From positions 62,001 through 126,000 of the forward strand of contig CDROCS010003840.1 in assembly GCA_977020255.1 (NCBI GenBank): 64,000 nucleotides of DNA. Reading direction: 5' to 3'. The stretch comes from Obrimoposthia wandeli. Lineage: Eukaryota. This document shows, one piece after another, positions 42,238 through 53,602 of the stretch (position 1 is the stretch's first letter; each line of letters opens with the position of its first letter). The translations under genes and the position numbers were made by a program. The notes under the pieces were generated by a model. The model saw nothing but the letters and a program-made list of their open reading frames with translations, was not told the origin of the DNA and did not search any database.

Positions 42238-42497
42238 GTAAAAAACGAACTTAAATTGCTTAAGGTCAAAAAAAAGTCCGTATTTTTTTACATTCCTACT
42301 ACAACGTCGTTAATTTGAACGATCTTTGTTTAAATATCCAGCGTTATAGTTATTAACTTTCAATATGGTACCTAAGAACAAAAAATTGTTTTAGGCAAGT
42401 AAACAAATCTTCAGAGCCGAAAGTATGTGCTACAGTTGTGATAATTGGCAAGCCTTAATGTCAGTTAGTGCTGAAATGGATGAAAATAGGTTTTAAA

Positions 42498-42887
42498 ATG
42501 ACAAATAAAACAGATGCTTATTGGCGAGAACAATTAACCGACGATCAATATCATATTTGTAGAGAAAAGGGGACAGAGGCACCTTTCTCTGGAACATTGC
42601 TGCATAATCGTGAAACTGGTCTTTATCGCTGTACATGTTGTGAAGTCCCTCTATTTATCTCTGACAACAAATACGACTCAGGTTGCGGCTGGCCAAGTTT
42701 TGATGCGCCAGTGAATAAGGAATCTGTCCGGTATATTGATGATAATTCACAGAGTATGCAGCGTACTGAAATTCGCTGTGCTAATTGTGATAGTCATTTA
42801 GGACATGTCTTTCCTGATGGACCCAATACGACTGGTGAACGGTATTGTGTTAACTCAGTTTCTTTAGTTTTTAATACTAAAGAGTAA
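42498..42887 (+). CDS. msrB: Peptide-methionine (R)-S-oxide reductase
   Basis: [40 protein letters not shown]. Confidence 0.97.
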   Translation: MTNKTDAYWREQLTDDQYHICREKGTEAPFSGTLLHNRETGLYRCTCCEVPLFISDNKYDSGCGWPSFDAPVNKESVRYIDDNSQSMQRTEIRCANCDSHLGHVFPDGPNTTGERYCVNSVSLVFNTKE

Positions 42888-42900
42888 AAATCCATTAAGA

Positions 42901-42928
42901 TTTAAAAGGACGAGATTGTCCTTTTAAA
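42901..42928. terminator. Hairpin after msrB
   Basis: TTTAAAAGGAC-GAGATT-GTCCTTTTAAA. Confidence 0.7.
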
Positions 42929-42990
42929 GAGATTAGATTGACAGTAAGACGCCACGATATCGCACTATAATAGTTTGTTATATTGTGGTT

Positions 42991-43803
42991 TTATTTCATC
43001 ATAGTTGCGGTAAATCGCCCTTTTTTGAGCGCATCTGTGATTTTATTAGCACTGTCATCTAATGCCTCTCGTTGACTGTCTGCCATCGGGTATAAAGCAG
43101 CAAGCTTTTCTTTATTCGCGACGGGCAGGTTAAAATGTGATCCTACTGTTGCCCAGATATACGCATTCTGAGTAAACCCTTCCTGATGTGAAATTGTTGC
43201 CAGACTCTGGATAATTTCAGGCTGAATTTTATCGCCTTTTTTATACAGCTCTAATGCGTGCTTCAATAATACTAATGTTTTGTCTTTATCTTTGTAGGTG
43301 TAGTAGGTTGCGAGTGCGAGCTGCATCGTGGGTGTTTCTAACTTGGGTGTGCCCTCTAGTAATAAAAATTCACGCAATGCATTTTGATCACCTTGGCTCC
43401 AACGGTAATAGATGATGTCAGGGTCTGGTGATGTTGATAGCTCTTCATTCAAACGTTTGATGGAATCGTAGCTATGAATAAGTGCATTCATGCGGATACT
43501 CTTACGTTCTTTTAATTCTGTTGGTTCAATACGTGCTGCGTACTCTAAGCATTTTTGATAATCATATGTGAATTGCAGCTCTTTGAATTTCTCAGCATCA
43601 GTTAGATTTTTCTGCACATCAAAACGTTGCCAAATTAAATTCGTGCGTTGAATACGGCATTGACCATCGTTGACGTTTAGTTCGGCACACAATGCGGGGT
43701 AAGTTTCGCATAAACTGTCTGTTGTTCGATGGCGCTCGTAGCAGCCGCTTAATAGCGTTGTTAACGTCGCTAAGAGAGCAAGTTTAATGAGTCGGGAAGG
43801 CAT
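42991..43803 (-). CDS. DUF2989-family lipoprotein
   Basis: Lipobox LSGC; LCETYPALCAELNVNDGQCR...LIWQRF. Confidence 0.75.
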   Translation of the reverse strand: MPSRLIKLALLATLTTLLSGCYERHRTTDSLCETYPALCAELNVNDGQCRIQRTNLIWQRFDVQKNLTDAEKFKELQFTYDYQKCLEYAARIEPTELKERKSIRMNALIHSYDSIKRLNEELSTSPDPDIIYYRWSQGDQNALREFLLLEGTPKLETPTMQLALATYYTYKDKDKTLVLLKHALELYKKGDKIQPEIIQSLATISHQEGFTQNAYIWATVGSHFNLPVANKEKLAALYPMADSQREALDDSANKITDALKKGRFTATMMK

Positions 43804-44119
43804 AAATTATCGTCACTCGTTAACAGTTTAAAGGAGGCAGCAAGTTCTATAGTTTATTATTTATAAGTTTGCCAGTAAATGGCATGGCATCAGTGTGAAC
43901 GAAAATATGAATGTGATCATCAAAGCAAAAATACGGTTCTTGCTTGACTGTTTATACCATGCCTTTATGGTTAGCGGTAAGGAAGCAATAAACCTTAGTA
44001 TTTTGATCGTACTTTTAGAAAACAATGAAAGAAATTGTGACGATCAATAAGGCATATACCTATTTAATGTAATGGCGGATCGTAAACGCACGGATGATAG
44101 TCGTGCAACGGAGTGAAAA

Positions 44120-44425
44120 ATGGATGTAAAACAATTATTAGATGTAATGACGCCAGAAGTATATCAGCGAATCTCAACAGCAGTTGAAATAGGTAAATGG
44201 CCCGATGGCTCGGTATTAACGCAAGAGCAGCGTGATTCTGCGCAGCAAGCCGTGATGCTATATCAGTCGCGACATAATGATAATGCTGAACATATGTCGA
44301 TCGAAGCCGGCGGCGACATTAAATTTAAGTCAAAAGCAGAATTGAAGCGCGACTTTGGTGTGAAAGAACCAGTATTAGAATCTGACCTTAATGATATTGC
44401 GCGCTTTGGTCATAACGATTTATAA
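44120..44425 (+). CDS. yeaC: YeaC/DUF1315-family protein
   Basis: MTPEVYQRISTAVEIGKWPDG..LTQEQRDSAQQAVMLYQ. Confidence 0.92.
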   Translation: MDVKQLLDVMTPEVYQRISTAVEIGKWPDGSVLTQEQRDSAQQAVMLYQSRHNDNAEHMSIEAGGDIKFKSKAELKRDFGVKEPVLESDLNDIARFGHNDL

Positions 44426-44434
44426 AGAAAGTCT

Positions 44435-45103
44435 TTAGTCTGCTTTAAAGATCATGGGTTCACAGTAAAAACTACTGAGCTCATGATTTTCTTCACTGAT
44501 AAGGTTTGCAATCCAAGGTTCTTGTTCTATCGTACTGATGTAAGCGTGTAACTTGGGATAATGTGAGTTGAGCCTTAATCCTGCCATCCAGCCATTTCGA
44601 AAAACACTCCATAAGCTCATTTCTGCCATAGAAAAGTGTTCACACACATAGCCTTGTGCCGGTACTTGCTGCTCTAAATAATCTAATACCATAGGAAGGT
44701 GGTGCTGTAAGCATTGATCGACGGCGTCTTGATCGATGTCTTTATTCAGAATTTTACCTCGTAATACTTTTTGATAGAAAAGCACCCCGCCAATGAGAGA
44801 GGTTAATCGTGTATCTGAATATTCTTCTAGCCAACGTATTTTTGCCCTGTCTTCTGCTGTACCTGGATAGAGGGGAGGTACGGGGCATATATCATCGAGG
44901 TAATGTGCGATAACGGTGGAATCCATGATCGTTTGATTATTATGTTCTAGAACGGGCACTTTTCCCATAGGATGACGTTTATGAGCCAATTCTTTTTCAA
45001 GATAAGGGTTTAGCGGCTGTAAATCATAAGCAATGCCTTTATAGGCAAGTGCTAACATGATTTTTCTAACAAAAGGGGAAATGGATGCACCGTGCAAAAT
45101 CAT
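44435..45103 (-). CDS. Glutathione S-transferase family protein
   Basis: SPFVRKI, HPMGKVPVL, DSTVIAHYLD. Confidence 0.9.
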   Translation of the reverse strand: MILHGASISPFVRKIMLALAYKGIAYDLQPLNPYLEKELAHKRHPMGKVPVLEHNNQTIMDSTVIAHYLDDICPVPPLYPGTAEDRAKIRWLEEYSDTRLTSLIGGVLFYQKVLRGKILNKDIDQDAVDQCLQHHLPMVLDYLEQQVPAQGYVCEHFSMAEMSLWSVFRNGWMAGLRLNSHYPKLHAYISTIEQEPWIANLISEENHELSSFYCEPMIFKAD

Positions 45104-45146
45104 AGTTATTTCTCAAGCTAACTTTATTGGTAATAAGTGTAGCTCT

Positions 45147-45180
45147 AAAAAAAGAGCCGAATTAAATTCGACTCTTTTTT
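45147..45180 (-). terminator. Terminator after ansA
   Basis: Minus strand GAGTCGAAT-TTA-ATTCGGCTC followed by a U tract. Confidence 0.8.
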
Positions 45181-45212
45181 GATGATTTTACAGCATATTT
45201 ATAATAATAAAC

Positions 45213-46223
45213 TTACAGGCTAAGCTCACCACGTAAATCTTGCTGCATCATACTGCGAATAGTTTCTACAGGATAATCGGTACTTAACAAATAGTGCAGT
45301 TTAGCGAGTGCTGCTTCAGGGGTCATATCATAACCGCTTAACACACCAGCCTCAGCTAATGCACAACCTGTCGCGTAACCGCCCATATTCACTTTGCCTG
45401 ACAGGCATTGAGTGAGGTTCATTACAATAACACCACGTTCACTTGCTTCTTTCAGTTGAGCCAGTAAATCGGGGTTTTGTGGTGCGTTACCTACTCCAAA
45501 TGTAAGCAAAATCATTGCATTAACAGGTTGGCGTAAAGTATTACGAATCACTTCAGGTGAAATGCCAGGGTACATTGTAATGACACCAATAGGCTGTGGT
45601 GTTATTGCATTGACCTTAAAATTACCTTCAGGCTTTTTATCAAGTTCAACATTGTTCAACTTGATATTAATACCAGCTTCAAGCAAAGGGGGCATGTTAG
45701 GTGAAATGAAAGCACCAAAGCCATCAGCATGTGCTTTTGTGCTTCGGTTTCCACGAATTAGCTGGTTATTGAAGAACAAGGTTACTTCATTGATAGGGTA
45801 ATTAGCCGCAATATGAAGTGAATTCAATAAATTACTTTGCCCATCAGAACGTAATTCCGCTAGAGGAATTTGCGACCCTGTTACAATGACGGGCTTATCT
45901 AGGTTCTCAAACATAAACGACAAAGCTGAAGCAGTGTAAGCCATGGTGTCCGTACCATGCAAAATGACAAAACCGTCATACTTGTCGTAGTTTGCTTTAA
46001 TATCATCCGCGATACGCTGCCAATCTTCTGGCGACATATCAGACGAGTCAATAAGCGGCTCGTATTCGTGGATAGTAAATTCTGGCATTTCCGCACGGTG
46101 AAATTCCGGCATCTTATTCAGTTGATTTTGCATAAATCCAGCAACTGGTACGTAGCCATGATCTGACTTTTGCATACCAATGGTGCCGCCGGTGTAAGCA
46201 ATGTAAATATTTTTTCTTTCCAT
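45213..46223 (-). CDS. ansA: L-asparaginase I (cytoplasmic)
   Basis: IYIAYTGGTIGM, ILHGTDTMAY, VTGSQIP. Confidence 0.97.
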   Translation of the reverse strand: MERKNIYIAYTGGTIGMQKSDHGYVPVAGFMQNQLNKMPEFHRAEMPEFTIHEYEPLIDSSDMSPEDWQRIADDIKANYDKYDGFVILHGTDTMAYTASALSFMFENLDKPVIVTGSQIPLAELRSDGQSNLLNSLHIAANYPINEVTLFFNNQLIRGNRSTKAHADGFGAFISPNMPPLLEAGINIKLNNVELDKKPEGNFKVNAITPQPIGVITMYPGISPEVIRNTLRQPVNAMILLTFGVGNAPQNPDLLAQLKEASERGVIVMNLTQCLSGKVNMGGYATGCALAEAGVLSGYDMTPEAALAKLHYLLSTDYPVETIRSMMQQDLRGELSL

Positions 46224-46278
46224 AATCGGGTACAGACTTATCGGTTTTGGTGAGCGCATTATACGGTTAACGAACGGT

Positions 46279-46304
46279 AAAAAAAGCCCAGCATATGCTG
46301 GGCT
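46279..46304 (-). terminator. Terminator after sppA
   Basis: AGCCCAGCA-TA-TGCTGGGCT with an A run that gives a U tract on the minus strand. Confidence 0.8.
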
Positions 46305-46308
46305 GATC

Positions 46309-48162
46309 TCACTTCTCGATATTACTGCAATTTAAGCAGAAGGCATATTGCCCTTTTGGATCGTTAAAGTTACTGAGTGTTGTGTAGTCGGTTACAATTT
46401 GTTGTGTGATAGGTTGTAATGCACTTGGTAGTTCACCAAGTACTATAGTGGCAATTTTCGTACTGACTTCACTTGAAAACTGCTGTAGAAATTTCTCAGC
46501 AGTACTGAGTGGCTCTTCCATCCAGTTCAGCTCGTAACTCTCTAATTTTGCCAATTCAACCGCAGCGGCAACGGCATCATCAAAATCACCAAGCTGATCG
46601 ACAAGCCCTAGCTCCATCGCATCTTGACCAGTCCATACGCGCCCTTGTGCAATTTTATCTGCTTGCTCTAGTGACATATTACGGTATTGGCTTACTAAGC
46701 CGATGAAGCGCTTATAACCATGCTCAACACCAAGTTGGAAAACCTGCCCAACGCCTTCTGGTAGTTCACGTGTTACACCAACACCTGAAAATGGTGTAGT
46801 GCCTACGCCATCACTGTATACGCCCATTTTTTCCAGTCCTTTTTCAAAGGTGGTAAGAATAGCGAAAATACCAATAGAGCCAGTAATGGTTGTTGGTTGC
46901 GCGATAATGCGATCAGCACTTGCCGATATCCAGTAACCACCTGAAGCAGCAACACTCGACATTGATACGACAACAGGTTTACCTGCTTGCTTTAACGCAT
47001 CCACTTCATTACGAATAATTTCAGAGGCAAATGCACTGCCGCCAGGGCTATCAACACGTAAGATAACAGCTTTAATATCATCATCTAGACGCGCGTCTCG
47101 TAACAACGCTGCGGTTGAATCTCCGCCGACTGTGCCTTGGCGTTGTGCTCCATCAATGATGGCACCACTTGCTACCACAATGGCAATTTGATTATCACTG
47201 GGTAAATCGGTGTTGATAATGGTTGGTTGGTATTCGTAATAACTGATTTGATTAAAGCTGTGTTCGCCATCACTGCCGAACGCTTCAATCATTTTATTAC
47301 GTAACTGAGGACGAGAAATGAGTTCATCCACTAAACCCATTTTTAATGATAGTTTGGCAAAATCACCATCAACAGCTTTGAGTTCTTGCACAAAGTCATC
47401 AATATTAGGGGTCAATGTTGCAGCCTCAATATGGCGGTTGTTCGCGACATCAGTGGTGAAGGCTCCCCACAATTGATTTAGCCACACGGTATTTGCTTCT
47501 CGTGCTGGAGCAGACATATCATCGCGGGTATAAGGTTCAACAAAAGATTTGTACGTACCGACACGAAAGACATGTGTATTAACGTTAAGCTTTTCTAGCA
47601 AGCTTTTGTAATACAGCGAGTAAGAACCGTAACCTGTCAGCATTACACCACCGTCAGGCGACATAAATACCTTATCAGCATAACTGGCAAGGTAGTACTG
47701 GCTTTGGCCGAAATTGTCACCGTAAGCGTAAACGGGTTTACCTGCTGCTTTAAATTCAGTAATCGCCTTAGCAATATAACGCAGTTTCGTTAAGCTGGTT
47801 TCAGACATGTCTTTTAGATTGAGAATTAAACCGTCAATTTTATTATCTGTTGATGCTTTTCGAATGGTTTCAGTAATATCAAATAGCACATTTTCTTGCG
47901 AAGGCGGTTGCCCTAGGGCATTTGATGCAATGCTATCAATAGGATTAATGTAGCGACGCTGCTCTACGATAGGGCCTGATAAGTTTAAAACTAATGCGGC
48001 TTTGTCGGGTTGTTCTGGCGTATCTTCACCATAATTAAGCGCAACAAAAATTGCACCCACAATGATCAAGAAAAATAGATTGAGAATAAGTTGTCGGGTG
48101 AAACTGATCAATTTCCAAATAGCACGGAATATCCTTCCAATTCCTTTAAATATTGCTTTCAT
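46309..48162 (-). CDS. sppA: Signal peptide peptidase SppA (protease IV, 67K type)
   Basis: N-terminal TM, GTYKSFVEP, RVDSPGGS, catalytic AASGGYWIS, TGSIG. Confidence 0.96.
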   Translation of the reverse strand: MKAIFKGIGRIFRAIWKLISFTRQLILNLFFLIIVGAIFVALNYGEDTPEQPDKAALVLNLSGPIVEQRRYINPIDSIASNALGQPPSQENVLFDITETIRKASTDNKIDGLILNLKDMSETSLTKLRYIAKAITEFKAAGKPVYAYGDNFGQSQYYLASYADKVFMSPDGGVMLTGYGSYSLYYKSLLEKLNVNTHVFRVGTYKSFVEPYTRDDMSAPAREANTVWLNQLWGAFTTDVANNRHIEAATLTPNIDDFVQELKAVDGDFAKLSLKMGLVDELISRPQLRNKMIEAFGSDGEHSFNQISYYEYQPTIINTDLPSDNQIAIVVASGAIIDGAQRQGTVGGDSTAALLRDARLDDDIKAVILRVDSPGGSAFASEIIRNEVDALKQAGKPVVVSMSSVAASGGYWISASADRIIAQPTTITGSIGIFAILTTFEKGLEKMGVYSDGVGTTPFSGVGVTRELPEGVGQVFQLGVEHGYKRFIGLVSQYRNMSLEQADKIAQGRVWTGQDAMELGLVDQLGDFDDAVAAAVELAKLESYELNWMEEPLSTAEKFLQQFSSEVSTKIATIVLGELPSALQPITQQIVTDYTTLSNFNDPKGQYAFCLNCSNIEK

Positions 48163-48230
48163 GAACGTTCCTGATGATGATGATTCTTATTGTTTATCGT
48201 AACTTAGTAAACAAGGAATTACATTTTTAA

Positions 48231-50342
<2,112 letters not shown>

Positions 50343-50370
50343 AGCTGGCAACGTCGAAAGATAATCAGGC

Positions 50371-50398
50371 ATAAAAGGGAATAATTATTCCCTTTTAT
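50371..50398 (+). terminator. Terminator after fadH (28-bp perfect palindrome)
   Basis: ATAAAAGGGAATAA|TTATTCCCTTTTAT. Confidence 0.75.
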
Positions 50399-50467
50399 TT
50401 ACAGGGTTTTACGCGAATAGTTTTATGATATTGTAAGAATAATTATTATTTGCAGTTCGAGGTTGCT

Positions 50468-51016
50468 ATGGATGCACTGACATTACTTTTAAATCGTCGC
50501 TCTTTGCCGAAGTTAATGGAGCCAGCACCGCAAGGTGAAGTGTTAGAAAATATCTTTCGTGCAGGTCTTCGAGCTCCAGATCATGGCGGTTTAACGCCTT
50601 GGCGCTTTATTGTCTCGCAAGGTGAAGGTTTACAAAGATTTGCTGATATTCTGGTGAATGCCGCCAAATTTGATGGTGCAGATGAATCCGTAATTGAAAA
50701 AGCGAGCAAAGCCCCGCTTCGTGCACCAATGATAATTACGGTGGTTGCAAAAGTAGCTGAGCACAATAAAGTCCCTGTTATTGAACAGCATTTGTCGGCA
50801 GGGTGTGCCACTCAAGCAATGCAAATGGCTGCGGTTGCACAAGGTTTTTCAGGTTTTTGGCGTACAGGAAAATGGGCTTATCATTCTGTGGTGCGAGAGT
50901 CACTCGGTTTAACGGGTGATGATATGATTGTCGGCTTCCTGTATATGGGCACCCCGGGTTGTCGGGAAGCGAAAGTGAATGAACGTGACATCAGTCAGTT
51001 TGTTGAATATCTATAA
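50468..51016 (+). CDS. ydjA: NAD(P)H nitroreductase family protein
   Basis: [34 protein letters not shown]. Confidence 0.93.
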   Translation: MDALTLLLNRRSLPKLMEPAPQGEVLENIFRAGLRAPDHGGLTPWRFIVSQGEGLQRFADILVNAAKFDGADESVIEKASKAPLRAPMIITVVAKVAEHNKVPVIEQHLSAGCATQAMQMAAVAQGFSGFWRTGKWAYHSVVRESLGLTGDDMIVGFLYMGTPGCREAKVNERDISQFVEYL

Positions 51017-51070
51017 GAAATTAGGATAGGTAGGCAATAAGTGGCGGTCAGTCATCAAGAATGAGTAAGC

Positions 51071-51112
51071 TTAGTTAAATAGACCTAGCTAAAGAGATCT
51101 AGTTAAAATTAA
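51071..51112 (+). repeat. Three degenerate 14-bp tandem repeats (core TAGYTAAA)
   Basis: TTAGTTAAATAGAC / CTAGCTAAAGAGAT / CTAGTTAAAATTAA, flanked by AAGCTT on both sides. Confidence 0.6.
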
Positions 51113-51218
51113 GCTTGATTGAATAAATATAACGCTTTGTTGAGTGATCAACAGGGCGTTTGTTGTTTATGGGTATGAATTAACATTGATTGATCGTCGT
51201 GATAAAAATGCCACTCTT

Positions 51219-51232
51219 TTGATAGTAATCAA
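51219..51232 (+). promoter_or_regulatory. FNR-type site upstream of selD-mnmH
   Basis: TTGAT-AGTA-ATCAA, exact FNR consensus. Confidence 0.75.
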
Positions 51233-51241
51233 GCCCTATAG

Positions 51242-51270
51242 ATGACACCTGCACCTTGCAGGAGTAGTAT
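51242..51270 (+). promoter_or_regulatory. Sigma-70 promoter of selD
   Basis: ATGACA-17 nt-TAGTAT. Confidence 0.55.
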
Positions 51271-51302
51271 TCACGGTTCTCAAAATTATTTCGGAGCGTG
51301 TC

Positions 51303-52343
51303 ATGGAAAATGTTCGCCTTACTCAATACAGCCACGGTGCAGGATGTGGTTGTAAAATCTCTCCTCAAGTTCTTGATACTATTCTCCGAACTCAGTTAGC
51401 ACCCTTCTCTGATCCTAACTTACTTGTTGGTAATGAAAGTAAAGACGATGCGGCTGTTTATGATTTAGGCAATGGCACAGCTGCAATCAGTACCACAGAT
51501 TTCTTTATGCCGATTGTCGATGACCCCTTTGACTTCGGTCGTATTGCAGCAACGAATGCAATCAGTGATATTTATGCGATGGGCGGTAAGCCGATCATGG
51601 CGATCGCAATTCTAGGTTGGCCAGTGAATGTACTGGCACCTGAAATTGCTCAGCAAGTGATTGAAGGTGGTCGTTCAGTGTGCCGTGAAGCGGGTATTTC
51701 TCTTGCTGGTGGTCATTCGATTGATGCGCCTGAACCTATTTTTGGTCTGGCAGTAACAGGCATTGTTGATACCGATCGTGTAAAGCGTAATAACCGTGCA
51801 GAAAATGGCTGTAAGTTGTACCTCACTAAGCCGTTGGGTATAGGGGTATTAACAACAGCAGAGAAACAATCTAAGTTAGCGGATGAGCACAAAGGCTTAG
51901 CTCGCGATTGGATGTGTAAATTGAATATTCCGGGTCAAGACTTTGCTAATGTCGAAGGCGTTAAAGCCATGACAGATGTAACTGGTTTTGGCTTGATGGG
52001 GCACCTAAGCGAGATTTGTGAAGGTAGCCAACTAAAAGCACGTATTGACTTTGATAGTGTACCGTACCTACCAGGTGTGTTTGATTATATCGCACAAGGT
52101 TGTGTACCGGGTGGCACCACGCGTAACTTTGATAGTTACGGTCAAAAATTAGGTGCAATGACAGAACAACAAAAAGCGTTGTTATGTGATCCACAAACAT
52201 CGGGTGGTCTACTTATTGCCGTAACCCCTGATGCGGAAACAGAGCAGCAGCTGCAAGCGATTGCTGTGCGTCATAATATTGAACTGCAAGCTATTGGTGA
52301 AATGATGCCGCTAGATGGCGATACATTGATTGAGATTTGCTAA
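51303..52343 (+). CDS. selD: Selenide, water dikinase (selenophosphate synthetase), Cys type
   Basis: [43 protein letters not shown]. Confidence 0.98.
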   Translation: MENVRLTQYSHGAGCGCKISPQVLDTILRTQLAPFSDPNLLVGNESKDDAAVYDLGNGTAAISTTDFFMPIVDDPFDFGRIAATNAISDIYAMGGKPIMAIAILGWPVNVLAPEIAQQVIEGGRSVCREAGISLAGGHSIDAPEPIFGLAVTGIVDTDRVKRNNRAENGCKLYLTKPLGIGVLTTAEKQSKLADEHKGLARDWMCKLNIPGQDFANVEGVKAMTDVTGFGLMGHLSEICEGSQLKARIDFDSVPYLPGVFDYIAQGCVPGGTTRNFDSYGQKLGAMTEQQKALLCDPQTSGGLLIAVTPDAETEQQLQAIAVRHNIELQAIGEMMPLDGDTLIEIC

Positions 52344-53431
52344 TGTCACGCCAAAATTGTGAAGATTTTCGTCAGCTGTTTGTTAATGATACCCCGTTGA
52401 TGGATATGCGTGCACCGATCGAATTTGCCCAAGGTGCATTTCCAACATCAATTAATCATCCTTTAATGGAAGATGAAGAGCGTAAAGCGGTTGGAACATG
52501 CTACAAAGCGCGTGGTCAAGATGCCGCCATTGCATTGGGTCATCAGTTAATCAACGGCGATATAAAAGCAGCACGACTTGCACAGTGGAAGGCATTCGCA
52601 GAAGCGAATCCAAATGGTTATCTGTATTGCTTTCGTGGTGGGTTACGTTCATGTATTACTCAGCAATGGCTAAAAGAAGCGGGTATTGATTACCCGATGG
52701 TTGTCGGTGGATATAAAGCCTTACGTCGTTTTTTAATTGATACTATCGATACGGTTGCGCAGCAGCCGATGACGATTGTTGGTGGCAATACGGGTAGCGG
52801 TAAAACCATCATGGTGAATGAACTTGCCAATGGTATTGATTTAGAAGGTGCGGCAAACCATCGGGGCTCTTCATTTGGTCGTTATGTAACGGCGCAACGA
52901 ACACAAATTGATTTTGAAAATGTATTAGCTGTGGAAATGCTTAAAAAGCAAGCCCAGGGTTGTACGCACTTTGTGTTTGAAGATGAAGGTCGCGCTATCG
53001 GTTCTACAAGTGTGCCGTTATCAATTAATGCAGCGATGGGCAACGCAGATGTAGCGATTGTAGATGATCCGCTAGATGTGCGTATTGATCGATTAATTGA
53101 TGATTACGTTGTGCGTATGCAGCGTGACTATATTGCACAATACGGTGAGCAGCAAGGCTGGGACTTATTTACGGAATACCTTGAGCGTGGCATGTTTGGT
53201 ATTCGTAAGCGTCTAGGCATGAAGCGCTATGAAGAATTATTGATAGCGCAACAACAGGCAATTGCAAACCAGAAAAGTAATGGCTCATTGACTGAGCATG
53301 ATAATTGGTTACGCCCACTCTTAATTGAATATTACGATCCAATGTATACCTATCAGCTGAGTAAAAAAGCGGATCGCATTGTGTTCCGTGGTAATTACCA
53401 AGAAGTCAAAAGTTGGTTAGCTGATAAATAA
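52343..53431 (+). CDS. mnmH: tRNA 2-selenouridine(34) synthase (SelU/YbbB)
   Basis: Rhodanese domain (DMRAPIEF, YCFRGGLRS), P-loop GNTGSGKT, DLEGAANHRGSSFG; coupled to selD via TAATG. Confidence 0.96.
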   Translation: MSRQNCEDFRQLFVNDTPLMDMRAPIEFAQGAFPTSINHPLMEDEERKAVGTCYKARGQDAAIALGHQLINGDIKAARLAQWKAFAEANPNGYLYCFRGGLRSCITQQWLKEAGIDYPMVVGGYKALRRFLIDTIDTVAQQPMTIVGGNTGSGKTIMVNELANGIDLEGAANHRGSSFGRYVTAQRTQIDFENVLAVEMLKKQAQGCTHFVFEDEGRAIGSTSVPLSINAAMGNADVAIVDDPLDVRIDRLIDDYVVRMQRDYIAQYGEQQGWDLFTEYLERGMFGIRKRLGMKRYEELLIAQQQAIANQKSNGSLTEHDNWLRPLLIEYYDPMYTYQLSKKADRIVFRGNYQEVKSWLADK

Positions 53432-53455
53432 GGCAACAACCAAACTGATTCAATT

Positions 53456-53510
53456 AAAAGCACCTTGCATTCGGCCTGCACATTAGTAGAGCTGAATACG
53501 AGGTGTTTTT
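53456..53510 (+). terminator. Extended hairpin terminator after mnmH
   Basis: AAAAGCACCT..ATTCGGC...GCTGAAT..AGGTGTTTTT. Confidence 0.7.
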
Positions 53511-53514
53511 ATTT

Positions 53515-53534
53515 AACTGTTGTTATATCCAGTA
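53515..53534 (+). promoter_or_regulatory. LexA (SOS) box upstream of topB
   Basis: AACTGTTGTTATATCCAGTA: CTG-N10-CAG, 15/20 identity to TACTGTATATATATACAGTA, abutting a TATTAT -10. Confidence 0.65.
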
Positions 53535-53602
53535 TTATGTTGCCCGTTCACTCGCTTTTCGGTACAGTTTCTTCATCTTTTTTGTCATTGTGTATTATTT
53601 AA

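Noticed and set aside
42247-42270. GAACTT...TCAAA sigma-E-like promoter before msrB
   Set aside because: Spacer is 13 nt instead of ~16.
42938-42971. TTGACA ... TATAAT, a possible antisense promoter into DUF2989
   Set aside because: The 22-nt spacer is incompatible with sigma-70.
51303-51360. Possible selenocysteine recoding in SelD (or MsrB)
   Set aside because: The catalytic positions are Cys codons (GCGCK; RYCVNS); there is no in-frame TGA.
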